A stretch of 64,000 nucleotides of DNA from the NCBI GenBank assembly GCA_964016885.1, contig OZ024740.1:332754001-332818000 (forward strand), read 5' to 3'. Below, piece by piece: positions 12,206 to 22,949 of the stretch. Numbering within the stretch: the first letter of the stretch is position 1; every line of letters begins with the position of its first letter. The notes under the pieces were generated by a model, which ran no database searches, was not told the DNA's origin, and worked only from the letters and a program-made list of their open reading frames with translations. Source of the stretch: Eledone cirrhosa (Eukaryota). A program made the position numbers and the translations under genes.

Positions 12206-14696
12206 TATACATATGCATACAGGTACACATACATATATGCACGTATCAGTTTAGCGGCGCTAACGTCGCTTTGTTCGTTTGTAAACAAACTGAACAGCCT
12301 GAATTTATGCCATACGGTGTTAAGGCAACCACGTCACCTTTTTGTTCAACACTGACACAGGAACGATGTACTAGTTTCAAGCTTGTTAGCTATCATCAGC
12401 ACCGTGTACCCATCTGCCAGATAGTTGAACGTTCGAAAGTATATACTTTCCTTATGAAAATTAACGGCTGAGCAGCCTAATTTGCATATTGAGTGAGTTA
12501 AATCGGTCAGGCATACCGAAAACGATAAATTGAAACAAAATGAAAACGAAATTTCATTTCTCACTCTTAGTATGGCACTTACTTAAATGTAAGTATGCAT
12601 GTATACGTACATACATATATGTATACAGACGTACAGTAGCATGCACATATATATATATATACACATATATATACATATGCATACAGGTACACATACATAT
12701 ATGCACGTATCAGTTTAGCGGCGCTAACGTCGCTTTGTTCGTTTGTAAACAAACTGAACAGCCTGAATTTATGCCATACGGTGTTAAGGCAACCACGTCA
12801 CCTTTTTGTTCAACACTGACACAGGAACGATGTACTAGTTTCAAGCTTGTTAGCTATCATCAGCACCGTTTACCCATCTGCCAGATAGTTGAACGTTCGA
12901 AAGTATATACTTTCCTTATGAAAATTAACGGCTGAGCAGCCTAATTTGCATATTGAGTGAGTTAAATCGGTCAGGCATACCGAAAACGATAAATTGAAAC
13001 AAAATGAAAACGAAATTTCATTTCTCACTCTTAGTATGGCACTTACTTAAATGTAAGTATGCATGTATACGTACATACATATATGTATACAGACGTACAG
13101 TAGCATGCACATATATATATATATATATATACACATATATATACATATGCATACAGGTACACATACATATATGCACGTATCAGTTTAGCGGCGCTAACGT
13201 CGCTTTGTTCGTTTGTAAACAAACTGAACAGCCTGAATTTATGCCATACGGTGTTAAGGCAACCACGTCACCTTTTTGTTCAACACTGACACAGGAACGA
13301 TGTACTAGTTTCAAGCTTGTTAGCTATCATCAGCACCGTGTACCCATCTGCCAGATAGTTGAACGTTCGAAAGTATATACTTTCCTTATGAAAATTAACG
13401 GCTGAGCAGCCTAATTTGCATATTGAGTGAGTTAAATCGGTCAGGCATACCGAAAACGATAAATTGAAACAAAATGAAAACGAAATTTCATTTCTCACTC
13501 TTAGTATGGCACTTACTTAAATGTAAGTATGCATGTATACGTACATACATATATGTATACAGACGTACAGTAGCATGCACATATATATATATATACACAT
13601 ATATATACATATGCATACAGGTACACATACATATATGCACGTATCAGTTTAGCGGCGCTAACGTCACTTTGTTCGTTTGTAAACAAACTGAACAGCCTGA
13701 ATTTATGCCATACGGTGTTAAGGCAACCACGTCACCTTTTTGTTCAACACTGACACAGGAACGATGTACTAGTTTCAAGCTTGTTAGCTATCATCAGCAC
13801 CGTTTACCCATCTGCCAGATAGTTGAACGTTCGAAAGTATATACTTTCCTTATGAAAATTAACGGCTGAGCAGCCTAATTTGCATATTGAGTGAGTTAAA
13901 TCGGTCAGGCATACCGAAAACGATAAATTGAAACAAAATGAAAACGAAATTTCATTTCTCACTCTTAGTATGGCACTTACTTAAATGTAAGTATGCATGT
14001 ATACGTACATACATATATGTATACAGACGTACAGTAGCATGCACATATATATATATATATATACACATATATATACATATGCATACAGGTACACATACAT
14101 ATATGCACGTATCAGTTTAGCGGCGCTAACGTCGCTTTGTTCGTTTGTAAACAAACTGAACAGCCTGAATTTATGCCATACGGTGTTAAGGCAACCACGT
14201 CACCTTTTTGTTCAACACTGACACAGGAACGATGTACTAGTTTCAAGCTTGTTAGCTATCATCAGCACCGTGTACCCATCTGCCAGATAGTTGAACGTTC
14301 GAAAGTATATACTTTCCTTATGAAAATTAACGGCTGAGCAGCCTAATTTGCATATTGAGTGAGTTAAATCGGTCAGGCATACCGAAAACGATAAATTGAA
14401 ACAAAATGAAAACGAAATTTCATTTCTCACTCTTAGTATGGCACTTACTTAAATGTAAGCCTAATTTGCATATTGAGTGAGTTAAATCGGTCAGGCATAC
14501 CGAAAACGATAAATTGAAACAAAATGAAAACGAAATTTCATTTCTCACTCTTAGTATGGCACTTACTTAAATGTAAGTATGCATGTATACGTACATACAT
14601 ATATGTATACAGACGTACAGTAGCATGCACATATATATATATATATATATACACATATATATACATATGCATACAGGTACACATACATATATGCAC
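11587..14696. repeat. Tandem array of a 464-474-bp unit: 6 full units, one internally deleted unit and one partial unit
   Basis: The unit marker ATGAAAACGAAATTTC recurs at 11602, 12066, 12540, 13004, 13474, 13938, 14406 and 14524. Units are near-identical apart from internal (AT)n length and a few SNPs. Confidence 0.97.
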
Positions 14697-14916
14697 TGAT
14701 TGATCTTCCTTGTATCCCATGTCTGATTTAGCCTTAGAGAATAGCTGTGTGTATATGGGTGATCCATACATGTATTTATTATGTTTTAATATCTCTATGT
14801 GTGCATTGGTTATATATATATATAGTTATTCTTTTAATATCCAATTGTGTTCTTATACACGTGGTTAATACATAACAGGTTTAAATGTCCAGCGTGTATA
14901 TTGTTTTATTTTAAGA

Positions 14917-14983
14917 TTGCCAAGTCATGCTGATAGGAAATGGTATAGAGTCTATACCATTTCCTGTCAGCATGACTTGGCAA
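14917..14983. repeat. Near-perfect palindrome with 33-bp arms and a 1-nt spacer
   Basis: TTGCCAAGTCATGCTGATAGGAAATGGTATAGA-G-TCTATACCATTTCCTGTCAGCATGACTTGGCAA, one mismatch. Confidence 0.95.
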
Positions 14984-15197
14984 GCTATTTAGAACACTGG
15001 TTTAACCGCTTTACTTCCCTCCGAAGAAGAGATATTTTATCTCGAAAATTAAGGACATTTAAATAAATCTAAGGTAAAAGATTAATTGTCAACAATATCT
15101 TTTGCATTTGCATTCTTTATTCTATGTCCATACCTGCATTGTTGTGGCTTTATTATACATATACAAACGTTTATATATATATATATATATATATATG

Positions 15198-15380
15198 TAG
15201 ATCCCGGGTTAAATCGGGGATAACCACAGTAAGTAGGGTACTCAATACATAGCAGAGTAAAAGTAATTTAATATAAACATGGCTTCTACAGGACTAGAAC
15301 TGTTTCATTCGGAGGAAATCATCAGAAAACTTTCTGATGATATCCTCAGAATGAAACAGTTCTAGTCCTGTAGAAGCCAT
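15198..15380 (-). mobile_element. Short Penelope-like terminal element with a palindromic double hammerhead
   Basis: Shares GTACTCAATACATAGCAGAGTA and the hammerhead segment with the copies at 48585 and 60193. 15279-15380 is an inverted repeat. Confidence 0.65.
15330..15376 (+). ncRNA. Type I hammerhead ribozyme motif, with a mirror copy on the - strand at ~15282-15330
   Basis: CUUU-CUGAUGA-(UAUCCUCAGAAU)-GAA-ACAG-uucuaguc-CUGU-A-GAAG. Stem III is ACAG/CUGU, the predicted cleavage triplet is GUA, and stem II is weak. Confidence 0.6.
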
Positions 15381-15532
15381 TTAAATATATATATATATAT
15401 AGATAAATCTACCCAAAAATACGGTAGTGTCCAATCCGTATGAAGAACTCAATGTAATCCGAATATCATGAAAAGAGAAGATGTATTAAAAAAAAATTTT
15501 CGGTGAAAAATAACGGAAAACAGAGTCAAGGT

Positions 15533-15720
15533 AAATTAATAAAATAATGAATAAACAAAGAAACAGTTCCTTATATTAAAAAAATTCATCATTTTACGAT
15601 CGTTTCTAGGATATATATGTTAGTGTTGGCATACATATCCTATAGATCTATGTAAAATTTTACAAACTATCAGAGGGAATATACATACCTACACATATAT
15701 ATGTTGTCTTCAGAAATAAT
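15533..15720. repeat. Left arm of a ~188-bp inverted repeat (partner 17014-17201)
   Basis: AAATTAATAAAATAATGAATAAACAAAG...GTCTTCAGAAATAAT is the near-exact reverse complement of 17014-17201. Confidence 0.9.
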
Positions 15721-15721
15721 T

Positions 15722-15939
15722 AAGAATTATAGAAAGAGGAATATAGATTATGACCTGACCTGGAGTGTGCTCAAAAGGGCCACCCTTATCAAAATAATAG
15801 ATATGAATGTAGATTGTGTTCCCAAGAACTTTTTGAAATAATGAAATCTAAGGATATCCTATTAAATAAGCGACAGGAATTAATAATATCGTGTAATCAT
15901 AAACTGAGAAAAACCTTTAAATATTATAAACCTAATTAA
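15722..15939 (+). pseudogene. Penelope-like element GIY-YIG endonuclease C-terminus, frameshifted
   Basis: KNYRKRNIDYDLTWSVLKRA/PYQNNRYECRLCSQELFEIMKSKDILLNKRQELIISCNHK matches the PLE C-terminal pattern W.I..A..Y...C.LC..E......LLNKR.EL...C.H. Confidence 0.75.
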
Positions 15940-16082
15940 TATACATTTTAGAAATTAATATAAAAACTTTTTTTAATTTATTTAACCTATAATTAATATT
16001 CTACTACTGATGAACTACATAATTTTACTTTCCTTCTTACAACTATCTTTTCCTAAAATTGATACCATTAAGTAAACATATA

Positions 16083-16211
16083 TAATTGTTTCTACTTTAG
16101 GCACAAGGCCAGCAAATACCCAGTTCATTACTGGTACTTTATTTTATCGACCCCGTAAGGATGAAAGGCAAAGTCAACCTCGGCGGGATTTGAACTCAGA
16201 TCGTAAAGGGA
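16083..16211 (-). mobile_element. SINE copy lacking the 5' head
   Basis: Core and 3' end of the SINE in reverse complement. Confidence 0.85.
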
Positions 16212-16294
16212 ATTTCAGGTTATGATTCTATGTTCCTTGAAATCTCTATATATTTATTATTTCTCACTAATAAATTTAACTCCACCCCTCCCAA

Positions 16295-16335
<41 letters not shown>

Positions 16336-16602
16336 TTTTTATATTTTTTTTATTTCCCCGCGTCTTTATCAGCACTCTTCATTTACATCTAACTCTTATT
16401 TATCATATCTATATGTATTAATATAATTTTATCAATATAAATATACCCATCAATTAAATTAATTTATATTCTTTTCATAGATGTAAATTCCATATATATT
16501 TTTTTCACTATCACTTTTATCGTAAAATTTTAGTCTCCTTAGATATTTACATTGGCATTATTCTTTTATAACAGCAACTTTTCGTGTAACTTTTACTGAC
16601 CT

Positions 16603-17013
16603 GACCTATTTTCACCCCTAAATCTGAAATCTGCCTTCTTCTACCCCTAAAATAAACTTCCATTACTACTATTTTACCATTTGGGCAATTATTACCTTTC
16701 TATTGGTCAATTCAAAACCTGTTCCCAAATAGACCTACTATATTAAATCTTTGTTGGTTTTATTCAATGAACAAATATAATTATTTCTGAGGTCAGCATA
16801 TAACCTATTTTCATCCCTAAAATAATCTTTCATTCATAATATTCTTTCCATCCAAAACTGAAATCTACCTTCCTCTACCCATAAATTAAGGTTCTTTTAC
16901 TACTATTTTACCATCTTGACCTTCACTATCTTTCTATTGGTCAATTCAAAACCTGTTCCCAAACAGACCTATTGTATTAAATCTTTGTTGATTTTTTTCA
17001 ATAAACAAATATC

Positions 17014-17036
<23 letters not shown>
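16603..17036. repeat. Diverged direct duplication of ~200-230-bp units within the PLE remnant
   Basis: TTTCTATTGGTCAATTCAAAACCTGTTCCCAAA and its flanks occur at ~16697 and ~16931. Confidence 0.8.
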
Positions 17037-17363
<327 letters not shown>

Positions 17364-17587
17364 GAAAACAATTTATTTTAGTCCAGAAATAGCCGTCGAA
17401 ACGGTTTGAACTCTGCCGTCGGGGTGCTGACTCTTTCCCTATTACCCACTCTACTACCCTAAGTATTGAGTACTCTGGTGCGTTATGGTGCACCTGGTTC
17501 CTTACCACACTTCCTTTGGTAACTCCGATAACTTGAACCGCTAAGATCTCCTTCCTGGATATGTCACTATTTATAAAACAAACTATG

Positions 17588-17648
17588 TATTTTATCTGAT
17601 GAGGGTGTACCAAAGTTTTGGTACCCTTGAAATATATATAATAGAATA
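17588..17648 (+). ncRNA. Minimal type I hammerhead ribozyme with complete core
   Basis: Stem I UAUUUUAU/AUAGAAUA (8 bp), CUGAUGA at 17596-17602, long stem II GGGUGUACCAAA/UUUGGUACCCUU, GAAA at 17629-17632, palindromic minimal stem III AUAUAUAU, predicted cleavage after A17640. Confidence 0.75.
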
Positions 17649-17691
17649 AATATGGTTTTATAAATATAATTTCCATTTATTAATATCATTG

Positions 17692-17902
<211 letters not shown>

Positions 17903-18232
17903 AACGAAGGAGTTGTGTTAAGGAACCAGGTGCATCATAGTACTGAATACTTAAGGTAGTACAGTGGGTAATAGGAAACATTTAATCCAGAAATAGCCGT
18001 CGAAACGGCTTGAGCTCTGCCGTCGGGCTCATACTTTTTTTTCTCTCTCTCTCTATATATATATATCTCTCTCTCTCTCTATATATATAAACTTAAGGTG
18101 AACTTTTTTACAATTCGCTTCGAGCAGTCAACGTACTTTTTCCACATAGGATTGACGGAGTATATTTAGAACAAGAAAATTCAAAGTAGTTTCAGATGTT
18201 AAACTCCTTTAATGATAATGTTTCTTGCTTAT

Positions 18233-18361
18233 TAAGGTTATGTTCCCCAGGTAATCCAAACTGAATCGACAAGGGAACCGTCCGTTCCCTTCTGAGTCCA
18301 ACTTACCCCCACCGGTTTGCGCAGGCAATTCAATTTGGATTTCCTCGAGAACATAACCTTA
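18233..18361. mobile_element. MITE-like element with ~33-bp imperfect terminal inverted repeats
   Basis: TAAGGTTATGTTCCCCAGGTAATCCAAACTGAAT ... ATTCAATTTGGATTTCCTCGAGAACATAACCTTA, with TA/TTAA-like flanks. Confidence 0.55.
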
Positions 18362-20771
18362 TTATGTATAAGAAGCTGTCTGATGATGTCACTACAGTGG
18401 GTACACCGAAGAGTGTAGCCACTGTCATCATTGAAATATGTATCACATCATTATCCTTAAAGGACTTTAACATCTAAACTACTTTGCATTTTCTTATACT
18501 ATGTATATATATATATATATGTATGTATGTATATGGGTGTGCGTGTGTGTATGTATGTAGGACGTCAACTAGTTTATTATTCTGTAATGGAAAAATAGTG
18601 ATAACTAGATTGTTGGAATCAATAGCAACAATAGAAGCGTTTTGTCTGTGGAATAATTTGAATTTAAAACAAATCACCCGTTGACATGAATGCAATCAAT
18701 GTTTGAAGATAATACCAAATATGTAGAATGTGCTGCCTGTCGACGAATGTAATTTATTCTAGTTATGTTCAATGTATATTTCTATACTAATATTTCAACT
18801 GCATATCTCTGAAGCATACAATATTGATTTAATTTGACTCGGCACAACGCATTCAATAGAGAGATAGGATGACGTAGAAAAGTGACCTAAGTTCATCGTA
18901 TTAAATATACTTGCTTTCGACACCCTAGGAAAATGAAAGACAAACTTTCCTTTGTTTTGACCCGATTGCAGATCAAAGAGGCACCAAACAGAACAAATAT
19001 AAATCACGCCAACTAGATACACTAGTCTCAGCCATTTCACGATTTATTTGCGTTTCTACAAACTTTTTCATAATATGAACAGGTAGATAAAGTGCAAGAA
19101 AAAGATGACTAACATTTACAATTTTCCCCTTTAGATTCGTTCCATTTGACAATACTAACTAACTTTCAGTTATATATTTCCCTAATTTTCATCGGTGGTG
19201 CTCGGTATCTAACGTGAGATAATATGCCTACGGCATGTAGAATGCTTTTAAGCGACGTACCGACATAAGTCTTGAGGATTGCGAATTCGAAGGTATCGTT
19301 AGATAAATATATAACCACTTGCTTTTTTATCTATGCTCACTCTCTTGTGAGAGGTTATATTAATTAGCTAAATTTTCCTATTTTCGGAGAGGGTAGACAA
19401 ATGAGCCGCCTAAGGCTAAGTATTTGTGAAATTGTACACACGACGACAGACGATGATTTCAGAAATTGTTCTTTTTGTGTCTGCGATAAAATTGGTTCCC
19501 AGCTCCATCGGCTGTTGTCTTTACATTGGACAACTTGTTGTTATATAGAGGAGAAACATTAATGCACGAGAAACTGATAGTCACCCATATCAAATAAGGC
19601 TTGATCTAGTAATCCTAAATGACGCCAACAGATAAATATCATCAATTATTGTCTAAAATATTTAGGAAAATGTGTTCTAACTTTATAAATATTGACTTAC
19701 AGTTAACGGCGTCTGCCATGATCCCATATGTGAATCGATAACATAATTATCAACACTGTGCGTTATATAACTATAAAAACATAACCTTCAAGTGTGGAAA
19801 ATTATTATGAAATCTATTAGGTAAGACTTCATGAACTGAGTGAAAAATTTGAAACCGTCATATTATAATATTGATGGATTTCTTATGCATATTTTAAAGA
19901 AGTATACATAGATATATGGCAATTGATTTTGTAAAACATTGTTTTATTGTTTTATTGTATCTTTTAATTTTTGCCAGCATGACTATCCACTGCTGAGATG
20001 TTTCTACATATGCTATAGAAATTACATCCACAAAGACAGAAAAATTAAATTATAGTTAAATAGATAATTATGGTGATCCACATGGAAGCTGTTCTATACT
20101 GATCATACTCATTCCAATAAATTACGTTGGTTCTGTATAGTAAGCTTGCATTAGAAAGTCAATAATATCGAATATCAGTATGTATATAAAAATAAAAATA
20201 TATGTCTCTGCGACTATGAACGTGTGAAGGTCTGTCTACTCATTTTATAGTTTTTCGTCATGCTATATCAATCAATATTACACTAGATTGTTGATATAGA
20301 TTAGTAACTAGATGTTAAACAAGCACGGCTAGTTTGACATCAGCCTATGTACAGGTGTTATGAAACTGATTGTACATATAGTCGGCTTAAAATGACAATC
20401 GCTTTTTAGTTTCCAGAATAATCGATTCTATAATCTTTAGTGAATTAAGGTATCACATTCTTAATTGGCAGATGTTTGCAGAATATACATAATAACTTTG
20501 AATTCTGATGCCATATCTCTAAATAGAATATTAGAACCGGCGTCATACGGCTTGCCTTGACAATATTTCAAAATTCCTCGGCGCGCAAAACTTTCCATGT
20601 TTAAAAGCAGCCAAATTCCTTCGACCCCCCCCCCCCCCTACTCCCAAGCGTGAACCTATTACCTAACAGCTTTCGTAACTGTACTCCTTGTTGTTGTTAT
20701 TTACCTTTGCAATATATATATATATATATAATAGTAAAAAGATCAATTGTTATGCCTCCATTACGTTTATT

Positions 20772-20862
20772 GAGTAGTGACGGGCGTTTCGCTATTGATT
20801 AGCTCAAGGTTCGATCGGTATCGATCTGGCCCGCCTCTAGAATCAAAAGCTCGTCGAACCTC
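20772..20862 (-). ncRNA. Degenerate hammerhead motif
   Basis: Minus strand reads UCGACGA (vs CUGACGA), stem II GCUUUUGAUU...AAUCAAUAGC, then GAAACG-CC-CGUC. Confidence 0.4.
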
Positions 20863-21807
20863 TGTTGTGGTAATGAGAGAATGAATATGTAAAGCATCTG
20901 TAACGGTTCTCAGTCACACGTGGTCTGTTCTTGTTGGTTTGAATGTTGGTTTTACTAATGTTTTAGCATGTTTGATAGGTGAGGGAGTGTGTACATAAAG
21001 AGGAGGTGGTGGTGACGGTGGGGAGCAATGGTTGGTGTGAGTTGTGGAGGTGTAGTGTGTTGGCTTATCATAGACATTGTGGCGTGTATACGATGAGGCG
21101 AGGGTGGTTGGTATCGGTGTGGGTGTAGTAGGGCTATGTGTTTTGGGGGATGAATGGGTGCTGTGCTGTACTAAGTGGAGAGGGGTTCGCTGGTCAGCAG
21201 TTTGCCGTAGTAATGAAAAGGAAAGAGGAGAATCATAAGAAAAGTAGGTTAGTTAGGGGTGGGGCTTTTTTGTAACCTATCTACATATATCTCCTCACTA
21301 TGAGGAATAAAATACAATAATGAATTGAAAATTGTGGTTAGTGTTTGAAAAAACTAAAATAGATAAATAAATATGTGGGCAGGGCAAAACACCGGTGCAG
21401 TGTGTATTGTGTGAAGAGGCTATCAGAAGAATATAAATATACATGTGTACACACACGTACAGAGACACGAACACACGCGCTCACATCCATACATACATGC
21501 ATATAAATATATATATCACCTCAGACGCGCAAACACCTAAGATACACCGAGGCACACAGACACATAGACACGTAAATATGTGTGCGGGTGGATGTATATA
21601 TGTAATAGCTACATTGGCTATCTTGTACACCGGTACACACACATCCGCTCTCCCACGCATACGTAGTTTCTGACGCACCCCGCGCGCACAGACGTTCATA
21701 TGTCTGTATCCCTGCATATGTACACACAAACGAAATACGCATGTTCATATAAGTGACAGAGAGAGAGAGAGAGAGAGAAAGATTTGCCTTGAAGTAGTAT
21801 TATTTTG

Positions 21808-21999
21808 GGCGGTAGATTGACAGTATCGGTAGAGGGTCGGACGACATGCTCTTCAACATAGAGTTACGGTCCATTACTGTGTGATTTCAAATCTGGCCGA
21901 TGTTAAATTTGCCTTTCATCCTTACGAAGTCGATAACATAAGGCACCAGTAATGCACTGAGTTAATCGCTGGCCTTGTGCCAAAAGTAGAAACAATTAT
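21808..21999 (+). mobile_element. SINE copy
   Basis: Matches the consensus, with ATTATTTT on both flanks. Confidence 0.85.
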
Positions 22000-22299
22000 T
22001 TTTGTAAAAAGTTATAGATTCCGTAATCTTACATAGACACTGTAGAACATATATCCTATTTGCACTAACCTACTGGGAAAACTTCGGCTTCGTTTAACGG
22101 TAATAAAATGCTAAAAACCTTTGTTAGTCATTTAGTTTGACCAATTTATCTCAGGAGGCTTCGGTTTTAATATCTCACTTCCTCAGCGTTCCTCGTGAAT
22201 AATGGGACACATTTTTTCTGAAGGATCTGGATAAGTAAGACATTTTTCCTTATTTTATCTTGCAACTTTTTATGCACGTAGATTTGTGTATATATTATT

Positions 22300-22860
22300 T
22301 AATTCGGGTATATATATTATATTTAATTTATTTGAATGGCACATAGTTTTAAACCTTTTGCGTCACCTTTTGTTATCGTATTTTTTACCATCATATTTAT
22401 ATAAAATTGGGTATCAACTTTATTTTTATTATTTTGGTTTATAGGTTGTAGAGTAGGATTTAAATTTCTTGACTTCTTTACCTTATATTCATTTCACTTA
22501 TTTCTCTAATTTCCGGATTATTAATTTGGTTTCCATGTTGTGAGAACTAGACTCATCGATCGCAGCTTTACGTCATCTTATTGGATAGTTTGAGATTCTA
22601 ACGTCTAGTGTATACGGGTTAGGGTGGATCACGGCCTATTGGGATTGTAGTCGCTGCAGATAATAATATCTTTGGTTTTATTATTTAGAAACTACGTAAT
22701 ATGACATATGCAGCTTGATAAGGTCTGTCTTCCCGATTAAGTAGGTATTTGGAGAATGAGTACATTTTGTTTGGCAGGAGTCATTGGTATATGTTGGCTT
22801 TCGGTTTTAGTGTATTTGTTGGGGGGTAATAGACTGACTGGAGCAATAACCGTCTTATTT
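22300..22860 (-). pseudogene. Degraded Penelope-like GIY-YIG fossil
   Basis: Minus-strand fragments SCICH...KTKDIII.SAAT...FKTMCHSNKL resemble the PLE motifs CNC...VVY.A.V...SKCRH.NK. Confidence 0.3.
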
Positions 22861-22875
22861 ACATGTATATACGTA

Positions 22876-22948
<73 letters not shown>

Positions 22949-22949
<1 letters not shown>

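Noticed and set aside
11602-14337. Repeated 131-133-aa ORFs (MKTKFHFSLL...) in the tandem array
   Set aside because: The frame is broken in units 2 and 6 by (AT)n length changes, there is no recognisable domain, and the composition is microsatellite-like.
11587-14696. Possible CRISPR-like array
   Set aside because: There are no short repeats with unique spacers. Whole units are near-identical and the context is eukaryotic.
16008-16030. CTGATGA after the PLE ORF, and similar lone cores at ~50407, ~50941 and ~51279
   Set aside because: There is no stem II plus GAAA at a suitable distance, so they are not called as hammerheads.
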